DNA of 64,000 bases from contig JAAOMT010000684.1 in NCBI GenBank assembly GCA_016748015.1, positions 62,001 to 126,000 on the forward strand, read 5' to 3'. The DNA comes from Geosiphon pyriformis uo1. Taxonomy: Eukaryota > Fungi > Glomeromycota. A program made the translations under genes and the position numbers. The notes beneath the pieces were generated by a model. The model was not told the origin of the DNA, ran no database searches, and saw only the letters and a program-made list of their open reading frames with translations. The stretch's first letter is position 1, and each line of letters begins with the position of its first letter. Shown here in pieces: positions 40,297 through 53,794 of the stretch.

Positions 40297-40599
40297 ATTC
40301 TATTATTGAAATTTTTATAAATACTCCTACTAAATTATATACAACCAATTTTCCAAATATTTTCATAAAGTACTTACGTTTTGCCTTTAAAAAAAAAGGA
40401 ATTTAGAGTGGTTAAGCTTTTAGAATTAACAATAAAGCCTTTTCGAAATGGCAGTCAAAGGTTATTATCGCGCAGTAAATGAAAAGCAGTACTGGTTAAA
40501 GAGGTTAACAAAGATAAGCTTACTGATGTCTATATATGAGGATCGAACAAATGATTTTCCGCATGTTATGCGGTGCATTATGTATGGTCAGTAATTTAA

Positions 40600-41235
40600 T
40601 AATATTCAGCTTAACTAATTTAAATTATTGATTTTTAATGCTATAAAATTGAATATTAATTTTAACAATATAATTAATTATATTATTCATAACTTGAAAA
40701 TTTGTACCAGAAATGTGTAACAAAATAGAAAAGAATTTATTCTAAGTAAAATTTTAACTTGTATAATTTATTTTTATTGAAAGTATTTTTGATTTTAATA
40801 TTATAAATAATTACTAATTCTTTAATTAAAATCGAAATAATAAATAAGAGTATTATAATTTTTAAAAATATTTTTGAGTTTTAAATTTCTTTTAATTATA
40901 AAATTAACAAAATTTTATTTTAACATACAATATTAAGATTAAAAAATATTTAAATTTATTGTAATATATTATAATATATCAATAAGCATCTACAAAAGTA
41001 AAAATAAATTTAATATATAAAATTTATTTAAAATATAGTTAAAAAATTAATTTATAATAATAATGATAAAAAAACTTATATTTATTTATACCTAATTTTT
41101 TTTTATTCTGCTTTAACAAAGTGTGGTCCAACCACTACCTCTAACCATACAATGAAAAAAATCATTATACAAAAGGTGTGGCTCACGCAATTTATACTTA
41201 ATTATTAAATTTTAGTTAAAAAATTTAATTATTTA

Positions 41236-41266
<31 letters not shown>

Positions 41267-41700
41267 TTCTTTTTTTATTTTAATTTTATATATACATTAT
41301 TAAATAATATATATTTTGTATACTAGATTAATATTATAGGTGGATATATTCTCACGTGTCATAGTTGGAAAATTTTGATTGGGTGACTGGTCACGTTTAA
41401 AAAACCTTTTGTTGTATCGAGTATAGTCACGAAATTTATTAATAAGATATTAACATCAAAATAAACATTTTTAATTTTTAAGTCAATGTAAATATTATGA
41501 ACTTATTATTATACTTATAAAATATGTTAAATAATTAAACTAAAGCTATTATTTTTTTAATAAGCTAAATAAATTAAACTTCAAAATTAAATAAAACAAC
41601 TGTATTTTTATAATGAAAATTTTAATTAAAAATATTGAAAAATAAAATATATTTCGTAAAATATAATGTTTTAGCAAATGAAATTAATAGTAAATAAATA
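40600..41700. other. AT-rich decayed block, probably repeat-derived, with a (TTA)n tract near 41238-41266
   Basis: Abrupt drop in G+C and no ORFs; origin not recognisable. Confidence 0.45.
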
Positions 41701-42690
41701 ATGTAAAAAAAATTTTCTCTTGCTCACGAAGATCTTTCACATAAGAGCCTGATACGAAAGTGGAGACGCCAAAAAAGATTAACATTTAGACCGAGTTAAA
41801 TAGTGCAAGAAATGTTTGGTAAGAGTTTCATAAAATTCTTTTTATTACCATTGAATTTCATCATACAAAATTTTGCGCGAAAACTGATTTTTTCATATTG
41901 GTAGGGAATTTAAAGACATACAAACATCTCCGAATTTTTTGGCATAGTTCAAAATTATAAATTTGTAAATTACCTTTTCATAATTTCTATATTTTCTTAT
42001 CATATTCCAACCACAAGTTGTTTTTTAAATTCTAAATTTGGATCAATAAGCTAATCTTATCAGTTATTATCTAATATTGCTGGAATTGAATTCAAAGATC
42101 TCTACTTAAATCCACAACCTTTGTTGGCTCAAATAATAAATAATTGCTTGACCTTTTTCCGAAGTTTGAAATTCTGAAGATAAACATTTAAGAAATTATC
42201 CGAAAGTATTCAATCAGAAAATCTGAGAAAACAGAAGTGGAAAGACTTTATTTTTTGTTTAGAAAGCTTAGAGGATGAAAATTATCTTATAGATTTCTTG
42301 TATGAAACACGAAGCAAGAGAGTTTGATTGTGTTTGTTTTAATAGATTAACATATTGTTAGCATTATGCCAACACCTTTAGAATGAAAATCAAATTCAAA
42401 GTTGAATCTCAAGAAATATTTGGGTTTTTTGTAAATGACAAAACAAATTACATGTATTCTGCTCCCTAACAGTAAAGTGTTCTGATAAAACAAACCTATT
42501 TTTAGTTGGAAAAAAAATCACAGGTATCAGACATTTAAAGAAAGTGATACAGAGATTCTTTTCTTCAATATTAAGAGGAGAAAATTTAAATTGGCCAAGT
42601 GAAATTATTTTTTATATCTAATTTTTCGGACAGAAACATATAGCAAGATCCTCTTGCTTCCACAGTTACCACTATTAAAACTATCTAATT

Positions 42691-45600
42691 ATGCAAAATC
42701 TTTTCTTATTAATTTTTATAATTATTTCTTGTTATGTCGGCCTGTTGAAGGCAAACGATAAAGGTCCTATGTGTGGAGCGCAGAGTTTAAGAAAAGGTAA
42801 GAGAAATTTGCCAATAATTTTTTAAGTTATTACATTCACTCTAAATTGATCCTGAAACATTTATTCTCTAGCATCATGTGGCAATGGTGAATGCTGCTCG
42901 CAATATGGGTAAATATAAAAGTAAAAATTTTAGTTAGAATAAATTTCGAAATCTATATAAATGTTTTCTCAAGCAAAACACTGAAAGGGGGATCTATATA
43001 ATAAGGATAATATCCCGATCATAAGAGGTCTTCTCATGTTCGCTACTCTGCATAGACGCGTGATTAATTTATTATTTGAATCTGAAGGCATAACCGATGA
43101 TGAATTTTTGTTTCTGGCGTTTCTTTTTCTAGATATTGCGGTACAGCTTTATCATGGTGTGGTGCTGGTTGCCAAAAAAACTTTGGCGTATGCAATGTCT
43201 CAAAAAGTCGCGTAAAAAAAAATGCAAAGGAAAAAAGAATAGTTTGGACGTATCCGAAGGTCAGGCGTAATTCCTCCGTTATCGAAGAATTGCATGGGAT
43301 TCGTGTGGCTGACCCATATCGGTGGTTAGAAGATCCAGATTCCGCCGAAACAAAGGTAATTATTTTTTGACTGAACGAAAGGTTTTTGTTGAAATATTTA
43401 GATCTTAACTATCATGAATTTTTGGTACTTGCATTAGGCCTTTGTGGAAGATCAAAATGCTATCACTAACAAGTATCTGGAATCGTACCCTGATCGTGAA
43501 AAGTTCCGACAGAGGTTTACATCTGTTCTTGATAAATAACGATTTGTTGCATTTCAAATTTAATAGCATTGAAAGAATTTTCCAATTCTGAAAATTTTTT
43601 AGCTTAACGACTATTTATAATTACGAAATTTATGGATGCCCATTTAAAGAGGGTGATTTCTACTATTATTTTTACAATACTGGATTACAAGCGCAAAGGT
43701 CAGTTTTCAAAACGATTTTTTAATCAATGAAGAAGGTTTCATTTATCTTGATCGATATTTTTGGCTTTTTCTCCACAGTGTCCTCTATCAACAATCCTCA
43801 CTTACAGCTGAGCCGAAAATATTCTTTGATGTATGATCGCTTTTATATCAATCGAAGTAATTTTTCGTTTGAATAAAGATCAATAACATTTTTCAATTGT
43901 TAATAATATTCTCAGCCAAATACACTCGAGACAGACGGTACAGCATCCTTATCTTCATTCAGTTTTTCCAAATCTGGTAAACTCTTTGCTTATGGTATCT
44001 CTAAATCTGGTAAGTAAAAAAAGATGATTATAGTGCCTGTTTACCAGAATGTGGTTTCGATAATTGATTTTTCGTTTTTATCAAAGGAAGTGATTGGATT
44101 ACAGTTTATATTAAGCCCACTACTGGTATTGAATCAAACCAGCACCTTGATGATTTACTTGAATGGGTCAAATTTTCTGGTTTTAGCTTTACACATGATG
44201 ATGCTGGGTTTTTTTACAATGTATGTGGGATACTTGACATTTCAAATTTCTTTTTGAAGATTCTGCAAATTATATGAGGCTAATTTTAAAACCGCACCAA
44301 CTATATATCTCCTCCAACTTAATCATAAAGCAATATCCAAAGCCAGAGAAAACAGAGGACAAAGGCACTGAAACAGATTCTAATTTAAATGCCAAGGTAA
44401 CGCTAAGAAATAACCTGAATTTAAGCAGTCGCACAAGACGCTTTATAATGTAAACTCATTTTGGGCCAATTTTTATTAGATCTATTATCATAAAGTCGGA
44501 ACTCAACAGGTCGAGGATATTCTTGTATACCAGGATCCCACAAACCCTGAATACTTTTTGAATGGTGAAGTTTCAGAGGATGGACAATATCTTCTGTTGA
44601 ATATTCTTAAAGATACTAGCCCAGTAAACAAATTTTGGATAGCGGACTTGCAAAAGACTGGAGGAAAAGTTACAAGTGAGCAATTTAAAAAGATTGAAAT
44701 TTTTGTACAATATGAAATCTCAAAATAATAATTCATTATTTTCTCAGCTGATTTGGGTTTCGTCAAAATTGTCGACAATTTCGATGCAGAGTATAGTTAG
44801 TCAGTAAATTCTCCACTTTTTTTCTTTGATTTTGCTATCCAAACTTCTTACAACTTATAAGAAATTGTAATTGCAGCATCATCAATCAAGGGTCGAAATT
44901 CTATTTCAAGACTAACTTGAATGCCCCGCGATATAAAATAATCACTTACGACATAGAACAACCCGATCAGGTTGCTTGTTTTTAACATTATATTCGCAAA
45001 TTTCGAAGCCTTTTTTTAATACAAAGTTTTTATATTCAGGGCTTTGCCGAACTCATCCCACAACATCCTGTTGACATTCTCTCATTTGTCAAACTCGTTC
45101 ATCAAACCAATCTTATCACAATTTATATGCACGATGCAAAAGAGCAACTTTCTATACACGATTTATCAACCGGTAAATTACTCCGAGAGCTTGATCTTCC
45201 AATAGGGTCGATTGAGTCGTTAGCCGGTCGAGACACGGAATTCTTTTTCAAATTCACCGGATTCCTCAATCCTGGCGTAATTTATCGATACAATCTTTTA
45301 GATTATTCAATGTCTGTTTTCCGAACCACCCAAATTCAGGGCCTAGACGCCGAAAATTTGGAGACCAAACAGGTCTTTGTGAAAAGCAAAGATGGCACAA
45401 AAATACCAGCTTTTATCATTTCTCGAAAAGTTAGGAAAATTTTATTAAGTCGGTTTCTTTTAAAATTATGGTATTCTTTGACGCTAATTTATCCCTCTTT
45501 TAATAGAATATCACGCTTGATGGCAAGAATCCGACTCACCTGTACGGATACGGAGGCTTCGGTATCAGCCAAACTCCAATATTCAGTCCCACATGGATCA

Positions 45601-46649
45601 ATTTTGTACAGCACTATGATGGTGTTGTGGTAGTTGCTAACATACGAGGTGGTGGCGAATATGGTGAGGACTGGCATGCTGCTGGGACGCTTCATAAGAA
45701 ACAAAACGTATTCGATGATTTTCAGGTAATTTTTTCAAATTAGATCTCGGCAAGCAGGAACTTTAACTTTTGCTTTATTTCGTGTATCTCAGGCTGTCGC
45801 TAAATGGCTAATCGCTAATAAATACACAAAATCTGAAAAATTATCCATCAATGGCGGATCTAACGGTGGCTTGCTTGTTGGTGCTTGTATTAATCAGGTA
45901 CCTTAAAAAAAAATTTTTTTTTTCACATCTAATTGAATTAACTGAATTTATTAAAGGCTCCTGAACTATTTGGGGCAGCGGTTGCCGATGTTGGTGTGAT
46001 GGATATGCTAAGATTTCATAAATTTACGATCGGTCACGCTTGGCGAAGTGACTATGGTGATCCTGACAAAAAGGAGGATTTCGAATACATTTACAAGTAA
46101 ATTTGAACTTTCTATGTTTTTGGTTCTGTCATTTTCTCCTTTTCAATTTTGCATATTTTTTATCTTTGCAGATACTCTCCTTTGCACAATGTTCAATCAG
46201 AAAAGCCATACCCAGCGGTCATGTTGGTTACATCTGATCACGACGACAGAGTGTAAGATATTTGGTTAACATTAAAGAATTATTTGCTTAAATCACTTAA
46301 CATTCTTTTTATTCTAGCGTACCACTCCATTCTTATAAATATATTGCCCAATTGCAATATGTTGCCAAGGATAACCCTAAACCACTGCTGTTAAGGGTTG
46401 AAACCAAGGTACTTGGAAAAATGACATAGTTATTTGGTCTCTTAATATTGTGATTAATGACCCAACAAATTTACCTTAGGCTGGACATGGGGCAGGCAAG
46501 CCGACTAAAAAACAGGTAAGTGAGCTTTTATCATTTTAATCCTTTTGGAGATGAGATTTAAGATTATTTTTTAACATGATTAGATTGAGGAGCAGACTGA
46601 TCAATTCACTTTCATTTCACTCGCAACTGGTGCTCAATGGCACGATTAA
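42691..46649 (+). CDS. Prolyl oligopeptidase (S9A) with N-terminal signal peptide and hevein/CBM18 chitin-binding domain, about 20 exons
   Basis: Exons 42691-42796, 42872-42908 and 43133-43355 give [111 protein letters not shown]. Downstream POP motifs [37 protein letters not shown] (Ser), DHDDRV (Asp), AGHGAGKP (His). Stop at 46647-46649. Confidence 0.92.
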
Positions 46650-48669
46650 TTCAAGGTGCTTTTTTGAGATCACGTAGAATTTAAAAGAATATTTCTTAAT
46701 ATATACTTTTTTATGTTGCTTTTGATGATACTTTAAAAGAGTTTTAATCAGATTTAAATTTGGACTGTTGGATCAGTTAATAACTTTTAACATATTCTCT
46801 TGAAGAAAAGCTTTGACAAGATGAACTATATGTTTTAGATTATTGTTGATTAAAATTATCATTTATTTCTTCAATTGTCATTGAAGTGTTTATGGGCTTA
46901 TTTATGTACTTTTTTTTTACTAATATTAACATGGCTGTTGATAATAATTTTTTAATAATTTAAATAAGAAGAATTCACTTTAAAATAGAAAAATCTTAAA
47001 CGATTTTTTATGAGTGACTATTTTTCAAAATTTTTGTGTTTTTCATTTTACAAATATAACAAAACTTGGCATTGATTTTTTTCAAGACTGACATTTTGTG
47101 ATAAGTTCATTTGGAAAAAAAGAACCAACAAATGTGACTTTTATTAAATTTAGGCAAAATTTAAAATATAATTTGCAAAATGAATATGCAAACCACACTT
47201 AGATTTTTTAAAAAAATGATATAATACAGCTGATTTAAGTCTTGATTTTATACAGAAATAATTAAAAGTTGTAAATTCAAACAATATTAAACATCAATTT
47301 AGTTTGCAAACTTTATAATTTTTCTTTGATGGATGCTATTCGATTTGAATTAATTTCGTATTGATTAATCTAATGGTTACTTTTTTTCATTATCAATACA
47401 ACTTTCGCAGTTTTTCCTCTAATTAAATAGGCCAAGATTTCTCAATATTGACATATACATACTTTATTATAAATGGTCTTAACCAACTTTTTTTAGGTTC
47501 CCAGCTGCTCAATAAAAATTTATACGTTGACGTTATTATTATTCGACGTGGTTTCAATCGGAATCTATACATGAAATTTTTCTTTTCAAAAATTTTTTTG
47601 AAACGAATTTAATATTTTTTGTCATGATCTAAATCATACTCAATTTATTAAATTAAAAATACTAAATTATCAAAATAAGCAATAAATTTATTAAAAAGAT
47701 ATTTATACAATTAAATTTATTAATAAAATTAATCTGTTTATTATAAAATTTTTACTATTGAGTTTAAGATATATTTGATGATTTTGCATTTGTTAAAAAA
47801 TATAATCAAGTTAGACATAATGTTTATAAGTAAATAATTAAACCTTTTCTAATTAAAATGTTTTAAGATCCAAGGATTTAAATTATTTTAAACCCTGTTT
47901 TTTTTATAGCTCTTAAACTCTTTCATAACTTTAACTTCTTTACGTTCAAATCAATTGTTTTCATGTAAAAGAATCAAATATGATTTAATTAAAGTCAAAA
48001 CCTAATTCTTTTTAATATCAACATTAATCAAAAACTTTCATTCTAGGCTATTAGGAGCCTTTTAATGGTCCAGATTGTTATTAGCTAGCTATAAGCTAAA
48101 ATTTTTTGTTGAGAGCCCAAAGGTAGTGTTTATTAAAAGCGGGTTTAGACAATTGTTTTAACGTATATATTTCACAAAATTATTGACGTTAAGTTTTAAT
48201 AGGCAAAGGATCCATTTCAGCATGAAAATCTGTAATTGCTTTTTGAGATTCTATATATTTTGGACAATAATGGTATACTTTCATAGGAATCTAATTACTC
48301 TGGGTGATTCTTGATAAGAGCATGTTTCTCTAAATTTAGTTCCTGTGACCAAGTATGGCATAAAATTAAGGTTTTAAATGAAAGAGATTGTCAAGATTTC
48401 TTGTTTTTTACTTATCTGAAGGTTACATAACATTATCCTTCCCCAATTTTACAAATTATAAACACTGTGTAGCATTTTAATTCAAATTTATAACAAATAC
48501 TCTAATGTTTCTTCAACATCGCATTTTTCTATAGCTTATTTGTTTGTTTTTAACTTACAATTGCATAATTATGATAGCTTGGCTTAATTCTGGAACCTAA
48601 CTATTTTTAAAGTAGTTAATATGATAGCACATCATGAACAGTTTCAAAATCCGAAAATTCAATAAATGT

Positions 48670-49991
48670 TTAATCGCGTATCCATCCGAAAATTGTTTTA
48701 TCTTCGTTTAATTTTTGTCCGACAATAAAGATTTCTGTCTGGCCACACCTCAAATCACGGCAAACAGTGGCAATACATTCCATTCTTGGCATACCTCTAA
48801 CTCTAACTTGTTCCCATTTCTTTTGTAAGGGCGAAAACAACTTGAGGTATTGGCATGGTTCCTGATTTTCGTAAGCTTGATTATTTTGGCCGTTCAAACC
48901 ACCTAAGAAAGCAATTTTATTTTGAATGGAGAACATAGCAGCTCCATAGCATCGACCAGGATCGAAACCTTCTCCAAATGTTTGTATCCAATTATCCGGT
49001 AAACCAAATGGAAAATTTTGATAAGATGGCGAAATATATTTTTTCCATTTATCTTTATTCACATCGTAGACCCATAAATCTTCATCATCATTTATTTTGG
49101 GAAAATCACTACCAGGAATTGTTTGTTTTCCGCCAAAAATGTATAGTTTGTCAAACGCTACCGTGGAAGAATGAAAAGACCTCGGGTATGGGAGATCAGA
49201 AGACGGGCTATTGGTGACACATTTTTTCAGAATGATATCATATATTAAAAAATCCCTGATATCGTATTTCGTGCCTTAAAAATACACGGCCAAAATAAAA
49301 GAAGTTAAATAACTTATTGCCATATTTATCATTAGTAGTTTTGATTTGTAGCTTAAAGTTTAGGCTTACCGTTAATATCAGAAATTCCACCAAATAGTGC
49401 AAGACGACGATTATCGATTGCATTCAATGAATGCCTGTACCTTGAAACGAGTTCTTTGTCGAAAGATAAGATTTTACTCAAATTCATTGTCTCAATATTT
49501 AATTCGTATAAGACGTTTTCCAGTTTTCGAGTCTGGACATTCTCACCACCGAAAAAATAAATTTTTTGTTCAATCGAAGTGACAGCTGCGTTTTGGATTG
49601 GCTCATGTTGTCCGGACAAGATGTTGATTGTTTTTGGTAGCCAATTAGGACGAGGCTCGTTTAAATCAAGGATCCAACATATCGGTTGTCGGATTGTGAG
49701 GTCAAGAAAATAAAAAGTTTTGTTGATCAAGATGCCTTCTCGATAATTTTTTATTGAAGGACATACCCCAGAATTAAATTCTGGTGCCTCTTTCCACACT
49801 GGAGACACAAGGCCAAAATGATGAATACGAACGACTCGATAAAGTTTACGGCAAGTAAAAGAAAGACTTTTTTGACCTTGGACCTCGAGATTCTCCAAGA
49901 CCATTTCAATTACTTCATTCGGTAAATTGACAAGGCTAGCCTTGATCAAAGACGACGATTCGAATTGTAACCACGAAATATTTATACTCAT
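48670..49991 (-). CDS. F-box / Kelch-repeat protein
   Basis: F-box LVNLPNEVIEMVLENL..SLSFTCRKLY, then Kelch blades (KIYFFGG, RYRHSL..LALFGG, PRSFHSS..KLYIFGG, IAFLGG). One intron at about 49369-49275 joins the two ORF-track pieces. Confidence 0.85.
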
Positions 49992-52621
49992 TTTTTTCTG
50001 TTTTTTTAATTATGTAGCGAAAAATAGACCAATGTTGTCCATAAAAGACAAAAAAGTTTTTATAGGAAAAATTTTCTATTGATTTTTTAAAGAATTTTTT
50101 TGTTATAATAAGAGCGAGTGATATCTTATAATCATATGAAATAATTTTTTAAACCTTTATACATTGGTGCGAAGAGATCTCTCCCATCGCTACAAGGCAT
50201 CTTTCTATCTCTTGTTGGGATCTTTATATCTTTGAGAAAATTGAGGGAACGATAATTATGATAACACAAATTGATGATTCGAAGAATTGTGTGTCAATAA
50301 ATTTAGAGCTTCTCATTTAGATCTTAATTTTTGGTTGTTCACCGTCTCTTTAGGACAACCATCTTTAAAAAATTTCATATACAACCTTGGCATTCCAAAC
50401 ATTACGTGGTTTTTTAGAACTTTCACATTGACGTTTTGCCGCCGAACACTGCAATGTGTGTCAAAGATTATGAAATCAGATTTAATGAAAAATTTTCTAT
50501 TCTTCGATATCGAGAATTCATTCTTGTAGATTATCAGTTTTTACTATTGGCTAAGCTTATATTTTCCCGAGTCTTAAACTCAGGATATTGGGTAAACATT
50601 TCACCAACTTAATTTCTGTAATTTCCGCCAATTATCTTTGAAAAACAGGTTTTAAGCCAGGTGATTTATTAATTCCTTAAATTTATTTTTAGGTATGCTT
50701 GGCCAAAGAAAGGAGTGGACTTGGCCAATAAAAATGGTTTAAAAATTATGATCAAGATCAAAAATATTTGAAATGGTTTCTCCGAAAAATTTTATTGTCT
50801 TCTTAGACCATTGTAGCAAGTTTGCGTCATTTGCCTGCATCGCTGACCAGATTAAGGAGATAATAAAACTGAATTCTCATCTCTTGGCTTGCCATTGTTT
50901 CTTGTTTTTCACGATTTGATTTTCCCCTGCATCTGGATCACTAAAAAATGATACTTGGATGATCCCCAACTTTGGGGATTTCTATTGTTACAGCACACAA
51001 GGATTCACAAAATTACTTTGAGATTTGTTCTTAAAAGCCAGTGAAAAACATCAAAAATATTTATAAACTTACACAAGAGATTAGAACATTTATTTTTATT
51101 GGTGAGGATTTTAAAGTAATATTTTGAATTTAATGCTCTTAATAAAACAAGACAGCTTAGCAAATAGCTTTTTGAGCTCCCAAATTAAAATTGGCGGGTG
51201 AAACTGATCTGCACGTTATAATCCTTAGTTGAACTTTGTTTATTATTCTGATTGCGCAATCGCAAATTACAAAGATTTTAGCAGGTCATGTACGCATTTA
51301 AAAATTACAATTCCAAGCATTCACTCTATTGAAAAATTTTTGAAGGCATTGTTGCAACGGTAAATTCAAGCACAATGGTAATGAGATGATCCATAATTTT
51401 TGCCTGACGTAATATAAAAATAAACACTTTTTCAAAAGTGGTATAAAATCAGCTCCCTAGGAAATTTTCTTGGGATGTGAGACAAAAGATGATTCTCATC
51501 ATGAATCACAAGAAATGCTGTTTTAAAGCTATATTTGGCAGTCGCAAAAAAACAGGAATGAAACGATTTGAGAACTGAGGTCATAATGCAATAGATTCTG
51601 AGTTTTGTGAGAAATTCTAAAATAGGTTTAACTTGTTTTGAGACTTGACTATCCTAAATTCGCTATACATATGGCGTATTTTTGCTAAAAACTAGTTTTC
51701 AATATCAAAATTAAATGTATGTTTACTCAAGTAAGCAGTTCTGGAACCGAGTCACAAAACAAATCAATTTCATGGTTGAAACGTGGAATATTATAAACTG
51801 ACAATAGATACATTATAAAACCTTAGCTCTTTGATTTGTGTTATTTGTACATTTTAAAATCAGGTTTTAGGTCAAATTCGTTTCAGGGGAATGGTCATTC
51901 GTTTGTTTTTGTCCTTCATCATAGCATAATTTTGAATAAATTTCATGACTTTTGGATTCGCTAATGAGAACAACTCAACAAAAGTACTTGGTTCGTCATT
52001 ATGTTTAGAGTTGCACTTAATTTAAAATGGACTTTGTTACAGATAATATCAAATTACGGTCGATTATCTAAATTAGATGCCAAGAGGAAGATGGAGAATG
52101 TCATTTGATTTAATTAACCTGGATTCACTTGAAGCTGATTCACAAACTTGAATTTAACTCTCAAGTTTTATTTTAAAAAATTTATCCCAAACATATTCAA
52201 GTTTTGGTAAAAGGCTGATTTTAAAAGAAAGCAATCTCAATATAAAGTCTAAGACAATAAAACAAGGCTCTAACAAAATTAAAATCCTTTATTCCTCCTC
52301 CGAAAAATTTTCAAAGCCAAAAATGAATTAAGGCTTTAAGTATCAAAGGCTGAAAGAGCAGATATGTTCTTTTATTTTGCGCAGTCAAAAGAAACATTCC
52401 TATTATCACATATAAAGCCAATTTATTTGGTTAGCTCTATATGTAATTTTAACATTAAATTACAAATTTAGTGTGGTTGAAAAATCATTTCTGCAAGGCT
52501 TGATAAAAGCGCTGAATATATTAACAATCGTTGATTATTAAATCTTAAAATAAATCTTTAGGACAATTTAAATTAATGACCTTTATTATCATCAGATTCA
52601 TAATCAAAATGAGGAATTCCT

Positions 52622-53794
52622 TCAGGTGAAGTAAAGCTCCAAAATCTCCATTCTTTCTTTATTCACCTCCCATTTAGCAATTGCCCAATCTGTATCGTCG
52701 ACCAAGGCCATTTTTTCCTCCTTTTTATTAATGTAGTAAACCCGAGAGCGATTTAAACGTGTCTGAACGCGATTTTCAATCAAACAGAGTAGTTGATCCA
52801 AGTTAAGGTAAAAGGGAATGCTAAGTGGATGTCGGCGAAATATAAAAACACAGTTGACTCGTAGCTGTGGTATGGAAAAATAATATGCTTAATATAAATT
52901 TTAAATGTCGAAAATAATTGTTTATATTTAAAAGGAGATTATTTTACAAATATACCTCCGAGTCATTCGTATATTGTTTATTCAGTTGTACATCGCTGGT
53001 CGCTAACTCTGGCTGGTTCGTTCTTTCGAATTTTTTGATGACATTTTGCGAATTTTGAACAGGCTTAAAAATATGTCATAAGATAGTTTCAGCTTTTTTT
53101 TTTGAATAAGTTTCTATTAAAGCTAAAGTTATATATACCTGCGTGAAATTGGGTTTCTTTTCAAAGCGTAGTTTCTGCATAGTAAAGCCTAACAATAGTA
53201 ATGTATTGTCTTCTACCCCTTTACAGGGAGTAAATATAATACTGAGTGCCTTGTCTAGAAAACTCATTGAAATTATAGGTTTCTTCGAAGAGGGATTTCT
53301 GATGTTGTCCACATGAATAAGCTATTCAAATAAAGAATTCAAAACTGGAACTTTTGAAATACAAAATCCTAAATTTCAGACAGAGAATTCTCGAGGTACC
53401 TTAGTATGCTTCTTGAATCCTTCCCTTAAGGAGATCAATACTTTTCCTTCAAATATTTTGAATTTCATGACTTGTTTCAATGGAAATATGAATTCATCAT
53501 GCATATTATTTAGGCTCCACGACACCTCCGAATATTCATATCGTAAGATTACCGCCATCTCATTTCCCGTGTTAGAAGAGAACCTTTTTCCAGTTGGCAC
53601 AATATCAACAGCTTCTACATCCATTTTGATACAATTGTTGTATTTTATGGCAGTAAGTGAAATTTCATCGATACCTAACTTTTGGCTAACAGCTGTGCAG
53701 AGAAATTCATCTAATTCCTCTTAGTGCCACCTATTATTTGTTTATTAAAACGCAGAAACTATGTTTTACCTTTTTTAGATTTTTGGTTTTCCAT
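52622..53794 (-). CDS. Multi-exon protein with a C-terminal PB1-like domain
   Basis: ATG at 53794; exon 1 53794-53770, exon 2 from 53719. The last exon reads LRVNCVFIFRRHPLSIP..LDQLLCLIENRV..VYYINKKEEKMALVDDTDWAIAKWE..ILELYFT*, resembling a PB1 OPCA motif. Stop at 52624-52622. Confidence 0.65.

Noticed and set aside
41319-41425. Possible ~107-bp MITE (tatactagat ... atcgagtata)
   Set aside because: Only a 9/10 inverted match in AT-rich DNA; needs other copies to confirm.
41740-41775. ctgatacgaaag resembling a hammerhead ribozyme core
   Set aside because: Lacks the CUGANGA consensus, stem II and the flanking stems.
41700-48600. Amanita-type POPB/MSDIN cyclic-peptide (RiPP) cluster around the prolyl oligopeptidase
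   Set aside because: No MSDIN-like or repeated-core precursor ORF and no tailoring enzymes seen nearby.
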